Below, in pieces: positions 48,401 through 62,100 of a stretch of 64,000 nt of DNA. The translations under genes were made by a program, and so were the position numbers. Position 1 is the first letter of the stretch, and each line of letters begins with the position of its first letter. The stretch is from contig JBHGNT010000016.1 of the NCBI GenBank assembly GCA_043228905.1, positions 7,564,001 to 7,628,000 on the forward strand, read 5' to 3'. Under the pieces are notes generated by a model. That model saw only the letters and a program-made list of their open reading frames with translations. It searched no databases and was not told where the DNA came from. Origin of the DNA: Azolla caroliniana. Lineage: Eukaryota > Plantae > Polypodiophyta.

Positions 48401-49117
48401 ACCCCTTCTAAGTGGGAGCAATACCTTCCTATCTTAGAATTTGCCTATAATAGCTCTAAACATACATCCACTGGATATAGTCCTTTTATGTTGATGTATG
48501 GTTTTCAGCCACGTGCCCCAGTTGATGTCACGATTCATCGTGATACATTAGACAGTACACGCAATTTTTTGCAAGACATGAACCAAATGTTGCATATTGC
48601 CAAAGAAAATGTCAAGACAGCTCAAGATCGTGCTCGATTTTATGCTGATGAGGATAGACGTCCTCGTGCATTTACTATTGGTCAAAAAGTTTTTTTGCGT
48701 GTCCCGACTGATTCTACGTCATTATCTACGGGCAAGTGCGCTAAGTTAGCCCCACGATATTGTGGCCCATTTGAAATCCTTAAGCGAGTTGGGTCATCTG
48801 CTTATCACCTTGCCTTACCTCGTAACGTGGGTATTCATCCTGTTTTTCACGTCAGTCGTCTAAAACCATTTTTAGGCTCTGGTGATAACACCATCACAAT
48901 CCAAGATCTTGTAACATTAGAGGATTTTTCTTACAAACCTCATGTTCCTGAACGAATTCTTGATTCTCGTACTAAACGTTTACGTTCTAAAGAGATTCGG
49001 CTATTCAAGATCAAATGGATGGATAAACCTATTGATGATGCCACATGGGAACGCGAGCATTCGCTTAAGGCACAATTTCCTCACTTTATATTGCAAGAGT
49101 GCAATCTTTTGAAGTAG
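45392..49117 (+). CDS. pol: Zinc knuckle-protease-RT-RNase H-integrase-chromodomain ORF of element M (1241 aa)
   Basis: [65 protein letters not shown]...KIKW...DATWE. Confidence 0.96.
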   Translation: MLRYHRTSKKDHNKPEFAKTPNVKFIGKRKQSSDTLDRDSKKPNLFCAYCKKRGHTKDTCRRLERKSMNTPPQDKSTSHTGESFDIVEVHTNHLSLCECTFPSHLLGPNDLLRAVGYINGTQAHFLFDSGSSHNFLNDHFVQQMELHINASDHIYQVHMANGNVQYISGIVCQLPIQIDTYLEKLDFHVMKLQSADVILGYPWFFNKNPSLSIDWVNHSITFELNNCKHFIQCSKLPSHSLVSSKSLSEYSSSLIYSCVIDLAVQFYYFNIDATQLPHFEQRLLDSILEDFQDVFPTELPLTLPPKRNVDHQIELIPGAAPVSIPPYRLSRLEEDEIAKQLKEYLSMGHIRYSKSPWGAPVLLVKKKEGSWRMCINYRRLNKMTIKNAYPLPRADDLIDRLHGARYFTKIDLRTGYHQIRIAEDDIPKTAFRTRYGHYEFLVMPFGLTNAPATFQQAMNDVFRDQLGDFVVVFLDDILIYSRTLQDHVQHVRFVLRKLRDNSFYAKHSKCDFFQKSIVYLGHLITEKGVEIEPSRIEKVKLWPIPRNIRELRSFLGFVGFLRKSIGNYSKLTTPLTDLLKGHPRKSVKPISWNEQLDKSFETLKEHVCQAPTLLLPDPSKPFSIETDASDYAIGVVLYQGGHPIAFESKKLDAAQSRYSVQEKELFAVIHALKTWRHYLYGNKFVVTTDHQSLKYFCDQPDLVGRKGRWADLMQDFDFSIRYRKGSMNTVADALSRIKEVNMLSFTEIKSDLLDHLRGKYLDDSYFSKYWTKAESGLDADTSTLPSKATFHITNGLLYRSGKVCVPDLPNVKQKIFHECHDAPSAGHLGIQRTLVLISCTFFWPKIRSDVHKYVTQCLQCQINKSERLKAAGLLHPLDIPNNKWESISMDFIVSLPRTQRGHDAIWVVVDRLTKLARFIPTKTTVTAQQLAYQFVDELFRFYGLPMDIVSDRDSKFTSDFWTQVFKKLETTLSMSSADHPQSDGQTERVNQIIEDMLRAYVAKTPSKWEQYLPILEFAYNSSKHTSTGYSPFMLMYGFQPRAPVDVTIHRDTLDSTRNFLQDMNQMLHIAKENVKTAQDRARFYADEDRRPRAFTIGQKVFLRVPTDSTSLSTGKCAKLAPRYCGPFEILKRVGSSAYHLALPRNVGIHPVFHVSRLKPFLGSGDNTITIQDLVTLEDFSYKPHVPERILDSRTKRLRSKEIRLFKIKWMDKPIDDATWEREHSLKAQFPHFILQECNLLK

Positions 49118-49124
49118 GGGAGTA

Positions 49125-49595
49125 TGTTATGTACACATAACGTTGGTGAGGGTAGGTCACTAATATTTACATTAGTGAAGGGTATGTTCACTATTATTAA
49201 AAAGGGGACTAATGATTGGATAGAATGAATGATATGTGCATGCACTATCATCATTTAGACAACCAATGAATAGAGAGCCTTTTAGAAAGGCACATCTATT
49301 CAAGGGGCCTAGGAAAAGGTATAAATATGAGGCTTAGCTACCCTCATAGGGATCATGTCGGAAGGCTGCTGTCGTAGACACCGGTGGTGCGGGCTAGGCT
49401 TTCGTCTCGACGATCGTGTTTATCTCTTCCAAGGTATTAGTCATCCTAATATCCGGCGGTATGGGACGTCGGTGGTAGGTTGGCTATGTCTAGATCATAG
49501 CTCGGGGGTGGTCGGGTGGAACGGGTTCTTCTATCCAATCTATTTTCTTCCTTTTTACTTGATTTGGTCTATTGATTAGTAATAGACTCTTAACA
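49125..49595 (+). repeat. 3' LTR of element M (471 bp)
   Basis: TGTTATG...TTAACA followed by the TSD. Confidence 0.95.
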
Positions 49596-51405
49596 ACCCG
49601 GTTGAAAATTGGATGTTAGTCGATAACTGGATGACTCTCGACGAATTGGCCGAATATAGACAAGAAACCGAACTGACCAAAGAAGAAGAAGACACTAGAA
49701 TCGCACAAAATCCCTAATCGGATGAGGATGAGGAACAAACAGAGGAACTAGTAGTCAGAAGCCAAGGACGAAGATATCCTCTCCGAGAGTGATGATCCCC
49801 CTAGAGATTTTCGGATGCAGAGCATGTGTTGCTAACTAATGAGGGGGAGCCAAAAAGCTTCGAAGAAGCAAAGAGAGACACCCATAGTCGCAAGTGGTTG
49901 AGTGCCATTCAGGACAAGATGGATTCCCTGCATGAGAACCACACGTATGAATTGATGGAGTTACCTAAAGGGAAGAGAGCACTCCGGAACAAGTGGGTGT
50001 ACAAGCTGCAACCGAGAGACACGGAAATCCACCAAGGTATAAAGCGTGGATCATGGTGAAGGGCTTCCAGCAGAAGAAAGGAGTGGACTGTGATGAGATC
50101 TTTGCCCCGGTAATCAAGATAACATCCATCCGGACGGTATTGAGCATAGTGGCAAGCATGAACCACGACGTACAACAACTGGACATCAAGAAGGAATTCC
50201 TACATGGCGACCTCGAAGACGAGATCTACATGCATCAACCGGAAGGATTTGAGAAGAAAGGGAAGGAGCACCTGGTGTGTCGGCTAAAGAAGACCTTATA
50301 CGAACTAAAGCAACCTCCCCGGCAATGGTACCGGATGTTCGACTCCTTCATGACCGACCAAGGGTACCACTAGACGCAGGCCGATCACTGTGGTTTGTGA
50401 AGAAATTTGACAGAGGAGATTTCCTGATACTCCTCCTATATGTGGATGATATGTTGATCGTTGGATGAGACCAAGGCAAGATCTTAATACTGAAGAAGGC
50501 ACTGAACCGGACCTTCTCAATGAAAGACTTGGGTCTGGCAAGATAGATATTGGGAATGCACATCATCCGGGACCTGTCGAAGAAGTTGTTGTGGTTGTCA
50601 CATGAGAAGTACGTGACAAAGGTGCTTCAACGGTTCAACATGTCGACACTTCCGGCAAACTGCCAGCTATCAGGGAAACAAAGCCCGAGGACAAAGGTGG
50701 AGAAGACAGATATGATGATGATTCCATATGCCTCTGTTGTTGAAAGCTTGATGTACATGATGGTATGTACCCGGCCGGATATCGAATATGCAGTCGGAGT
50801 GGTGAGCCGGTTCATGAGCAATCTCGGAAGAGAGCATTGGAATGCGGTCAAGTGGATACTCTGGCATTTGAAAGGCACCTCGAGTATGTGCCTCCGGTTC
50901 AGCTCCGGTAATCCCCAACTTCATGGATTCACCGACTCAGATATGTTGGTTGATGTAGATACCAACCGGTCTACATCCGGATATGTCATGACTTATGCAG
51001 GGGAAGTTGTTTCATGGCAGTCGAGACTGTAGAGGACGGTTATGTTGTCAACCACGGAGGCGGAGTACATGGTAGTTGTGGAAGTCGGCAAGGAGATAAT
51101 CTGGATGAAAGACTTCATCAGAGAGCTAGGAATCCAGTAGGAGGAATACCAGCTCTACTGCGACAATCAAAGTGTCATCCACCTTGCAAAGAACGCGGCC
51201 TACCTTTCCCGGACGAAACATATCAAGTGGAGGTACCACTAGATCTGGGAGAGAGTAGAATATTAAGAGTTTGTGCTAACAAAGATCCATATGGAGGAGT
51301 ACGGGTCGAACATGTTGACCAAGGTGTTGACAACTGACAAGCTAGATGCGTGCCGAAAGTGGATTGGGCTGACGAGACATCCCATGCCGGAGTGAAGGGG
51401 GAGAT

Positions 51406-51703
51406 TGTTGGGAAATCGGTCCCTCCGGATGGGATCCAATTATAAATGAAGAGGACCCGGTGAGACCCAGAAGAGATCTGGAAACCGGATCGGGTGGATC
51501 CGGTGAGAACCGGAAGAGAGGCGGAAACCGGATCGGCTAGACCCGGTGAGAATCGGAAGAGAAGACATATCTATAAATATGTTCTGATAAGCCTATTGAG
51601 GCTATATTTGTAAATAGCCCTCAGTTCATATAAGTATAAATATGACTTAGGGCAATCCCTTTAGGTGTAGTTTTCATATTGTTGTAACTGTTGTACAGAG
51701 AGT

Positions 51704-51738
<35 letters not shown>

Positions 51739-52015
51739 TACAGAGCGATACTCTGTTGTAACCGCCGCTTGGCAAAGAAATAGAGCTCGAGGTCGTTGCT
51801 TCCGAGTCTCTGATTGTACCTTTCTCATATAGTGATAGTTTGGAGTCTGTGGGCTCCCGTTGTTTTTCCCTATTAGGGTTTTCCACGTAAACATCCTGTG
51901 TATTTTCTTTTGGTGTCCAAGTATTCATCTCTATTCCCATTTCTGTGTTTGATCCTTAAACGAAGAGATCTAAGACTCGGTTGTGGCCGAGCAGTATTCC
52001 GCGCTATTTTCTACA
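51406..52015 (+). repeat. 3' LTR of element L
   Basis: After PPT GAGTGAAGGGGGAGA; matches 35275-35889. Confidence 0.92.
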
Positions 52016-53852
52016 GTTCTTTGTCTACCCCATCCCTATTTGGAAATGTATATTTCCTAACATTTATCAATGACTTTACTCGTTTCACGATGGTCACGTT
52101 TCTCAAGACAAAATCTAGTGATCAAGTCCTTGAGAAATTTAAATCCTATCATAAACTTGTAACAAATCAATAAGATTTACCCCTTAAAGTACTCCAATCA
52201 AATAATGGTGGAGAATTCAAGTCCCAAAACTTCCAAACTTATTGCCAAAACCATGGATTTCAACAACGGTTTACCATCCCATATACACCCCAACACAATT
52301 CAAGGGTTGAACGATGAAACCGGTTGTATATGAATGCCACTCATTGCATGCTTGCCGTTGCAAACCTTCCCCGAACATATTGGGAAGATGCTATTTCAAC
52401 CGCTTGTTATATATTCAATAGAACATATAGTCGATCAATTAGGACAACTCCATTTTCCTCTTGGTTTGGAAAAAATCCAAATTATAAAAATCTAAGAATC
52501 TTTGGATGTCCATCATATGCACTCATACCCTTAGAAACTCGATCAAAATTAGATAATCACGCAGTTCGTACAATATTTGTGGGGTATGGCGAACCTTATG
52601 GCTATAAGGGTTATCGATTATACGACCCAAATTCCAAAAGTTTTATATTTAGTCGACGAGTGATATTTGATGAAGGTAAACTGATATCTAATCCTCACCC
52701 ACATCATGGCTATGAAAAGATACAAGACGCGGCTACCATGTCTAACACTAAATCCACTAAAGTAATATCATCACCTACTAATTCTTGGTGGGCTCCACAA
52801 ATGTCCTCAGAAATCCAACAAGTCACACTTGACCATATGCCAATTAACCCTCCTCCACTAATGCCCTCATCTCTAGAGGTCCGCCCACAAGTCCCAGGTT
52901 CAACCAATGACTCCAACTTATTGCCTCTAATAACCAAAAAATCACAACAAAGTGATGTACATGCTCCAATTTTAAACACTAACCCTACCCAAACTAAAAA
53001 GAGCCTTAATAATCACCTTAGCAATCATAAAGAAAAACCTTTAGATGGAACACAACTAACTCACATTGATTATTCATGTTCCCATCCTATTAACATAGAT
53101 CCTCACGCCTTAATTGTAAGGGGAAAACCATTGGTCACAACGATGCAAAACTAATTAAAATAGGATGTGCAAATACTTCATATTCCACTAATAATCAACA
53201 TGTAGAACATACAAATAGTTCTAACATTGCGAAATCACCTAGTTCACTTAGCCCTACATCCACTCCAAAGAAGGTTTGTACTATTCAAGATCTTGATGAT
53301 CACACAAAAAAAATAGATGCCCTTGTTGTGGACAATAAATTTGAACCGGAGTTTTGCATTTTCGGCTCTTGGTTCCTCCTCAACACATCAGACGTTTCAG
53401 ATGATCCCTTAACTATCAATGAGGCATGCAAAGTTTAGATCGTGTTGAATGGCAAGCTGCCATGGCAAAAGAACTTGAATCTCTTGAGGCCAACAAAGCA
53501 TGGATTGTAGTACCACTCCCAATGGGACGCTCACCTATTTCACGCAAATGGGTGTTGAAGAAAAAACTAAACCCTGATGGTATTGTCGCATGTTACAAAG
53601 CTCGACTTGTAGAACGTGGTTTTTCTCAAGTTGAAGGACTTGACTATTTTGAGACATTTTCACCCATTATCCGCATGGCATCTTTTTGTCTCCTACTCTG
53701 GCCACCATTCTTGACCTCAAGGTACATCATTTGGATGTACAAACAACATTTCTACATGGTGATTTACCCCAAAGAAATCTACATGTCACAACCTCCTGGG
53801 TTTGAGTCACACTCTCAACCAAACTATGTGTATCGGTTACATCAATCACTAT

Positions 53853-54771
53853 CAGGAGCAGTACTATGACAAAGAAGTATTTTCAGGAACAGTACTAAGA
53901 CAAAGAAGGAATTAGTACTAAAAGATGAGGATTAGTACTAAGGAAGGTGTAGAACTCTCAAGGGAAGGAAAGAGTGAGTGCGAGACAGAGAGAGAGAATG
54001 ATGATAACAAAAGATATATATTATGTTAAGAGAATATACAATAGTAGCTAGGAGGCTTAAGACTGGCGTTGAACTGATTTGGTTCGAAATAATGCCTTGT
54101 GCCTCCTTTTATAGTGTTCTCATGAGTACTCCTGAAGTTTCTAGAATGTTCCAGAGAAATCTGGAATATACATCAATTCTCTATAGTAAAACTTAAATGA
54201 AAATAATATCTTTCATATTACAACATATAGTCTAATGGTCAAGAGCTCAACCAATGTAACATAAGGTCATGGGTTCGAGTCTTTCCATATCATGACACTA
54301 TCCCCCCTTTAAAACGACGAGTGTCACAAGTCGTTTTGGATTGAGGACCCTGTTTCTCTAGATATTGACGATAGAGGTCTTCAAGAAGAGCACGAGCATT
54401 GGTCACATTCTCTATTGGTTCCCAAGTACGCTCGCTAGGACTATATCCTAGCCAATCGAGTAAATAGTAGAGCTTGTTGCGAACAATCTTGGAATCGAGG
54501 ATGGCGGCAACCTCGTACTCAGGTCCATCTTCAAGTTTGATTAGGGTTGGAGTTTGTTTAATATGATGTGGGATGGTGCTGTCTTGATAGGGTTCGAGGA
54601 GAGAACTATGAAACACCGGAAGTATCCAAAGTTGTGGAGGTAGATCAAGACAAAAAGCGACATCATTAATTTTTCTGATAATACATAAAGGACCTAATCG
54701 CTGATAATCCAACTTCTCACATGGGCGAGTAGTCTTGATGTGTCGTCGAAGTAGCCATACCCAACCTCCAA
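53853..54771 (-). mobile_element. Chromovirus fragment N (integrase C-terminus, chromodomain, PPT, truncated 3' LTR ~53853-54297)
   Basis: KLDYQRLGP...PVFHSSLLEPY...EYEVAAILDSKIVRNKLYYLLDWLGYSPSERTWEP; minus-strand PPT AAAGGGGGGATAG then TGTCATG. Confidence 0.88.
54228..54290 (+). promoter_or_regulatory. tRNA-like Pol III module at the U3 edge of the N LTR, antisense to the element
   Basis: A box TAGTCTAATGG 54228-54238; B box GGTTCGAGTC 54272-54281; spacing 44 nt. Confidence 0.65.
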
Positions 54772-55069
54772 TGTTAAAACTAACGCGAAATATGTAGAAT
54801 ATTACTCGGCCACAACCGAGTCTCAAATTGTGTCGTTTCTAATCGATCACCGAGAATTGGAATAGTGGTGAATACACGTACACACAGATAGTATGAGAGA
54901 GGGTACACAGTATGTTTATGTGGAAAACCCTAAATGGGAAAAACCACGGGAGTCCACAAACCCCAACTATCACTATGTCGAGAGGAATACAACAAGTGAA
55001 CACCAGAGGCAACAACCTCTTGCTCACAATCTTTGCCTGGCGGTGGTTACAACAGAGATTCACTCTGTA

Positions 55070-55107
<38 letters not shown>

Positions 55108-57231
55108 ACTCTACATAGCAGTTACTCTCAATAACTCTATAACTCTATACAACAAAATAATGACAACACAATAAACCTGTTTGCCTAAGTCATATTTATA
55201 CTAATATGACTTTCGGGCTATTTACAAATATAGCCACAATGGGCTAACAGAAATATATTTACATATATGTCCCTTCATCCGGTGAGAGGTTCTCACCAGG
55301 CCTGCATCATCCGACTCTTGTCGGGTCTTCACCATCTGGTTCTCACCGGACCTTCCTTACCGGGTACTCGTCATCCGGTTCTCACCGGGCCTTCATCATC
55401 CCATCCGGAGGGACTGAAATCCTAACAAACTCCCCCTTCACTCCGGCATGGGATGCCTCGTCAATCCGATCCGCGTCCGACATGCGTCCAGCTTGTCAAG
55501 TGTCAGCACTTTGGTCAACATGTCTGACCCGTTCTCCTGCGTGTGGATCTTCGTCAACACGAACTCTTGATCTTCAACTTGCTCCCGGATCCAGTGATAC
55601 CTACGTTGAATGTGCTTCATCCTGGAATGATACGCCACATTCTTTGGAAGGTGGATGGCACTTTGACTGTCGCAATATTGCCGGTATTCCTCTTGTCATA
55701 TCCCTAGCTCTCCGATGAAGTCCTTCATCCATAGTATTTCCTTGCCGGCTTCCACAACTGCCATGTACCCCGCTTCCGTGGTTGACAGCGCAACCGTCTT
55801 TTGCAGCCTCGACTGCCATGAAGCAGCTCCCCCCGCATATGTCATGACATATCCGGATGTTGACCGACTGGTGTCCGCATCAGCCGACATGTCTGAATTC
55901 ATGAATCCGTCGAGTTGGGGTTTACCTGAGCCGAATTGAAGGCACATACTCGAAGTGCCCTTCAAATACTGGAGTATCCATTTTACCGCATTCCAGTGCT
56001 CCTTGCCGGGATTGCTCATAAACCGGCTCACCACTCCAACTGCGTATCCGATATCTGGTCGGGTACACACCATTGCGTACATTAAGCTCCCAACGGCAGA
56101 TGCATATAGTATCTTCATCATATCCGCCTTCTTTGCCTTCGTCTTTAGGCTTTGCTTACCGGATAACCTGCAGCTTGGCGGGAGTGTCGATCCGACCAGT
56201 TTGCATCTGACATGTTGAACCGTTGAAGCACCTTTGTCACATACTTGTCCTGTGACAGCCACAATTGCTTCTTTGACTAGTCCCGGATGATATGCATCCC
56301 TAGTATATGTCTTGCCCGACCCAAGTCATTCATTGAGAAAGTATGGTTAAAGGCTTCTTCAGCATCCGAATCTTCGCTTGGTCCTGTCGTCGCTTGGTCC
56401 TGTCCGACGATCAACATGTCATCCACGTACAGGAGGAGTATCAGGAAGTCTCCACCTTCAAACTTCTTCACAAACACGTAGTGGTCAGCCTATGTCTTGT
56501 GGTATCCTTGATTCGTCATGAAGGAGTCGAACTTCCGGTACCATTCTCGGGGAGCCTGCTTCAAACCGTAGAGGCTCTTCTTCAACCGGCAAACCAAGTG
56601 CTCCTTCCCTTTCTTCACAAATCCCTCCTATTGTTGCATGTAAATATCCAGGGGGGCCTTCTCTCTCTATGAGGATATCTGCGTCCTTGGCTTTCGGCAA
56701 TCGGTTCCTCTATTTGTTCTTCATCCGAATCCGATTCGGGATCTTGGCCAATTCCAGTTTCTTCGTCTTCTTCTGCCGGTTCGGTATCCTGACCGTAACC
56801 AGCCGGTTCTTGGAGTGTCAACCGGCTCTTAGCCGGGCAGGTTCGAATCTCATCGAACTGATCCTTACCGGTCGACTTGGAGTTCATTATCTTCTTCTCC
56901 GACTCCCAGTCGGCAAGGTTCTTGTCCTCCATGAAGATAATATCTCAACTCCGGAAAAACTTATTGTTGACTTGTCGACCTGATCGCACACTCGGTAACC
57001 GAACTCATCATCGTTGTATCCGAGGAATATGCAAGGCCGGGACTTTGGATCCAACTTTGCTCTCCAGTCCTTTGCAACCTGCATGTAAGTGAGACACCCA
57101 AACACCTTCAGATGCCGGTAAGACACTTACCGGTCCCGCCACACTCTCTGCGGCGTGTCTCCATCCAAGGGTACTGAGGGTGATCTGTTTATCACATACG
57201 TCGTTGTCGCTAGTGCCTCAGCCCAAAACGT
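54772..57231 (-). mobile_element. Ty1/copia element O, 3' part (B/E/L family), interrupted by J
   Basis: 3' LTR 54772-55427, PPT ~55430-55444, RT/RH and integrase remnants on the minus strand. Confidence 0.88.
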
Positions 57232-57881
57232 TGTCGTGAAGAAAACCGGCCAAAAGCGGAATCAGCGAAGAAGGGCGCATGAACCCGGCCCTACACGTCC
57301 CCACACTAATTACTACCTTGTACATAACTAGGAGTAGGACGGTGAGTGTAAATAGACTAGATGTGACGGATTGAATGTCTAGGAAATCGAGGAGTATCTC
57401 TGCCCGAAAGGATAGAGAATAAATTGATGGGAACGAGGGTGCAATGGCTAGCCTCGACGGCCTATAAAAGGGAGGGAAGAAGGAAGATGAAGGTATCGCG
57501 TTTTGCGGAGCGAGGACGAAGTGTTGTCGGACTGGGACCGAGCTCCCTCCTCCATCGTTCACTGGATTTCGGACTGAGTGGTCTACTTCGTGGAAAGCCC
57601 ATGTGCTTCCGGCAAAAGCTCCACTACGCAATCGGGGCTGTGTGCGGGCGTGAGCATTGTGTGTGTGTGTGTTTGCCTAAGTTGGGCCCGTTACCGGCTT
57701 GCTGGTTGTAATCGTTACTGATTTGTTATTAAGTCTTTGCTCTCTCTCTCTCTCTTCGTCCCTTTGTGTTCCTGCAAGCTGTGCTCTCTCTCTCTCTCTC
57801 TCTCTTCTTTCTCACGCTCCTTGGTTCAAGGCCCCCGCGGTCCCGCCTCTTTCCACACGCAAAGAGCGTAACAACACGACA
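57232..57881 (+). repeat. 5' LTR of element J (650 bp)
   Basis: Inverted termini, TATA-like CTATAAAAG ~57462, followed by the PBS. Confidence 0.85.
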
Positions 57882-58281
57882 TATTTGGTGAACTCGACGT
57901 GAAACAGGCGGCAAAGAAGTGAAGGATGAGGGAATCCGAGCTTGTTGAAGCTATGGTCGTAGCCGTCGACCGGCTAGTGAGCGCTCACGAGGGAACGGGT
58001 GCCCTCGACAGGGCCATTGAGTCGATCGTCGGCACCATAGGTCGATTCACTGGGAAGAATGCCATGAGATACTTGGAGGCCTATCGGGCCGAAATGATCA
58101 TGAGGGATATCTCGGTGGACATGTGGCTGTCCGGATTCCCTCGGGTGGGGACGTCGCGCATCCATGCAAAGGTGCTCGAGGTGTTGGCTGGATGCCAGAC
58201 TTGGGAGGAGTTCGAGCTATGGCTCCTCGAGATGTATGGGTTCGATGACTCGCTTCAACTGTCGAAGCGAGACTTCATGGC

Positions 58282-58826
58282 TATTGAGCGGCAAGCTCAA
58301 CTGGAGCCTGATCGGCTGAATAAGCCTGAGCCAGTAAGCAAGATGGATCGGTATGATGGTGAGCAACCGAGCCGGCAAGCAATAGAGCCGGTGAGCTGGG
58401 GAGCCAGTTAGCCGGATCCAATCAGTAACCGGCAGCCTAGTGTTAAGTTTAGACTACTAGGCAAGTATAGTCTCGTAGTAAGTGTCAGATGCTCGTGTGA
58501 GCATTGAAGTACACGGTACTTCTATCAGTCCCATGAGGACTTGTATAAATAGTGACAGGAACTACACCCTCCCGATGAACAACGCTCCGCCACAACTGAG
58601 CTTAGAATCAAAACACAAAAAATGGGGATTGAATGCACAACACAATGGAGAGAAGCGTACACAGGATGTTTACGTGGGAAACCCAAACACAGGAAAAACC
58701 ACGGCAGTCCACTGACTGCTAACTATCACTATGTAACAATATACAATCGATGAACACAGAGGCAACGACCTCTTGTTCACTGTCTTCGCCACAGGCGGCG
58801 GTTACAACAGAGATACGAACTCTTCG

Positions 58827-58867
<41 letters not shown>

Positions 58868-61800
58868 ACACTGTTGCGCTCTAATCTTACGCCAACAAGA
58901 ATGACAACTACTACACACTGAGTTTTCCCTAAGTCATATTTATACTAATATAACTTTTCGGCTATTTACAAATATAGCCCCAATGGCCTCTCAAAAAAAC
59001 ATATTTACAAATATGTCCCTTCATCCGGTGAGCACTTCTCACCGGGCCTTCACCATCCGACTCTTGCCGGGTACTCCTCATCCGGTTCTCACCGGGTCTT
59101 CCGTAGCCGGGTACTCGACATCCGGCTCATCAGTATTGTTCTTCTCACTTCCCATACGAAGGGACCTATTTCCTAACAAATAGCGTTGGTAAGCGCATTG
59201 TAGATACAGAGAAAATTTCATATAATTTTGAATTAACGTTCTGCTCTCTCTGTCTGTCTCTCCCGCGTACTCTCTCTCTCTCTCTCTCTCACTTTGTGTT
59301 TCCTGTGTTTCTATTTTAACGCTTCCGCAAACATATACGTTTTCATGGTATCAGAGCGCGAGGGTTGAGAACCTCTGTTGCAAACATTCGCCTTGAAAAG
59401 CTAACCCTTACAGGTCGCAAGAATAGACACAGAAGCAGTTATGGACATAGGTATGGCAAGTTCACTTCCCATAGAGAAACTCGACCAGAGCAATTACGCA
59501 TCCTGGTCATACAAAATGCATCAGTACCTACTGGGCATGGGTATTGGAATTTCGTGGAACGAACGAACAAAACAACACCTGATGCGGCACATAAGGATTT
59601 CCTAGTGTGGGAACAATCGGCAAGCAGAGTGATGTACTGCTTCACGTCCAGTGTCAGAGACCACTTGCTGAGCCACATCCGAGACGCCAAGACGCCAAAG
59701 GAGGCTTGGGGAAACCTGAAGAAGGTTTTCGCCGAGAGCACTACAGCCCGGAAGCTGCAACTCCGACAGGAGTTGAGCAATGTCCGAAAAAAGGACATGC
59801 TGGTGGCGGTTTATACGGCCCGGATCAAAGAGATCTGTGACTAGCTTGCCTCTATTAACATCACCGTACGGGAAGATGAGATGGTACAGGTCTGTCTTGG
59901 GGGCCTGGCGTCTAAGTATAAAGCCTTTCGGAAGGCGGTTTGTACAAGAGAGAATATGCCGTCATTTTTTGACTTACATTCGATGCTCCTTGTAGACGAG
60001 AACCACATCGGTGCGTCAACTAGTGCACCCACTGACAACCGGATGTTGTACACGGAGGCGGATCGGTCCCGTGGGCGTGGTGGACGAGGCGGGTCGGCAC
60101 GCAATGGAGGCGGCCGGCAAGAGCAAGAACGACAGCACAGAGATCGTGCCGACAGCAATTCCGGACCCTCCGGGAGCAGGGGGAGTCAATGCGGTAACGG
60201 AGGGTGGCAAAACAAATACGCAACGGAATGCTAGTATTGTGGCAAGAAGGGCCACAGAAAAAGCGAGTGCTGGAGAAAGCACACCGACTCGGACAAATCC
60301 GGATCCAGCAAGGCCGGCACGGATGGCCGGCATAGCTCACACTACACAAACGGATCGGGAGGATCCAAGAACGGTAAGGGACCAGCCTTGGTGATGAAGC
60401 ACAAGGCGAACTCAATGAAGAAGACCACTTCCAAATCAGAGGAAGTGTGGTACGTTGATTCCGGCGCGTCAAACCACATGACGAGCCACAAGGAGTGGTT
60501 CTCTTTGTTGGAGAAACCGGATCAACCAGGAGTAGTCGAAACCGGAGATGACACTCCTCACCCAATCGTGCATGTCGAAGACGTCCCTTTGAGCCATGTC
60601 AGACAGAAGGGGAAGCTGATGAACGTATTACACGTTCCGACAATCACGAAGAACCTGGTGTCGGTCGGACAAATCGTTGACCAAGGGATGCAGGTGCTTC
60701 ATTGAGGATGACAATGAAGTTATTGTGCAAGGGCCCAGAGACGGGAGGATGTTTATCCTCGACACCAATGACGTCGGCACCGCCCTATTCACAAAAGGAC
60801 AGAATGTCGAGTCGGACATCGACTTGTGGCACAAGCAGATAGGCCACGTCAATTACCGGAGGCTTCAAGACCTGCAAACGAAACAAGTTGTTTTCGGTTT
60901 GCCGAAGTTTCGCGGCCGGAGAGCCCAAGTAAGTGGAGCCTGCCAACTCGGGAAGCAACACCGGCTTCCATTCCCCACCGAATGAAACCGGAGTCGTAAC
61001 AAGCTCGACCTAATCCATTCGGATGTGTGGGGACCGCCACAGAATGTTAGTCTTGGCAGGAGTCAATATTTCGTCTCCTTCATCGACGACTATACGCGGC
61101 ACACATGGATCTACCTCATCGAGCGGAAGAGTGAAGTCTTTGAGTGTTTCCGGAGTCTCCAAAGCATGGTGGAACGGGAATCGGAGAGGAAGATCAAATG
61201 CCTGCGGTCGGATGGCGGGAAAGAATACTTTTCCGGCCAATTCAACAGTTATCTGCAGCAAACGGGAATTCGGCGAGAGTTCACCTGCAAATACACACTG
61301 CAACAGAATGGTGTTGCCAAAAGGAAGAACCGGTCGCTTATTGATGCGGCAAGGGCTATACTGGGAGGAGAAGAGCATGCCCAAATTCTACTGGGCGGAG
61401 GCAGTCCGAACGGTTGTCTACATCCAGAACCGGATCGGTGATAAGGTGTCAGCTCACGAGCTGTATTTCGGGCGCAAGCCAAATCTAAGACACCTTAGGA
61501 TATTCGGTAGCGTTGTGTATGTGCATGTACCGGATGAGAAGCAGAGGAAGCTGGATGCAAAATCGGAAAAATGCATCCTAGTCGGCTATGCTCAAGAGCA
61601 AAAGGGTTATAAATGTTATAGCCCCCGGGCAAAGCAGGTCTGAGTTAGTCAAGATGTTGAGGTTGATGAATCAGCATCGTGGTATTTCTTACCGACTCCG
61701 ACTTCAGAATCTGACCCGATGCCAGTGGATGAGGCTAGTGAGCCTGAACCGGCCCAGGTAGAGGATGATGAAGCGTGGACTCAGGATGAGAGTCCGGAAT

Positions 61801-62100
61801 CGTTCCAGTTAAGTGGGCCGAACGAGAGACTGAGTCAATCCGAGTAGTCCGATGAGGAACTAGCGAGTATTAGAGACTCTGTCGTGCACTCCCCGCGCAA
61901 GGAACCAAGGATGTGGTTCACGCGCAAAGAGAAGGGGAAGAAAAAGATGCGGGAATTCGAAACTGGCATCGATGAGTCGGATCGGTGTATGTCCAATTCC
62001 GGCAAGGAGAAAGGCGGATCTTCAGCAATGAAGACTGGACCAGCCAAGAAGGGCCTCAATACGGGCAACGGTGAATTACGCCGGTCCAACCGCTAGAAGC
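58282..62100 (+). mobile_element. 3'-truncated Ty1/copia element P (Bryco-like); its LTR hosts solo LTR Q
   Basis: LTR 58282-59345 begins TATTGAGCGGCAAGCTCAAC (compare C); PBS TGGTATCAGAGC 59346-59357; broken gag-PR-INT (WYVDSGASNHM, SDVWGP); no RT or 3' LTR. Confidence 0.85.
58553..59178 (-). mobile_element. Solo LTR Q of the B/E/L copia family (626 bp)
   Basis: TG...CA ends, perfect TSD AATAG, similar to the E and O LTRs, no internal sequence. Confidence 0.9.

Larger units (their letters stand above)
42455..49595 (+). mobile_element. Near-intact chromoviral Ty3/gypsy element M nested in L
   Basis: LTRs 42455-42966 and 49125-49595; PBS TGGTATCAGAGC 42968-42979; PPT GAAGTAGGGGAG; perfect TSD ACCCG. 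Confidence 0.96.
35275..52015 (+). mobile_element. Ty1/copia element L; hosts I, H and M
   Basis: LTRs 35275-35889 and 51406-52015; PBS TAGTATCAGAGC 35893-35904; TSD GTCCT/GTTCT; gag ~35919-36665, integrase 41761-42454, RT-RH 49601-51394. Confidence 0.92.
34035..53852 (+). mobile_element. Degraded AT-rich Ty1/copia element K (pieces ~34035-35274 and 52021-~53852); hosts L
   Basis: Gag IEKLNDKNYQAW; VHMDICGP|LSTPSLFGNVYFLTFIND continues across L; RT start then truncation. The upstream LTR-like 34035-34325 is poorly defined. Confidence 0.8.

Noticed and set aside
57270-57335. Possible degenerate antisense A/B-box module in the J LTR (GGGTTCATGCG on the minus strand)
   Set aside because: Position and orientation fit, but the A box is poor and the B box has mismatches.
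34220-59290. (CT)n/(GA)n microsatellites as separate features
   Set aside because: They lie inside LTRs or LTR-like sequence and are ordinary components of them.
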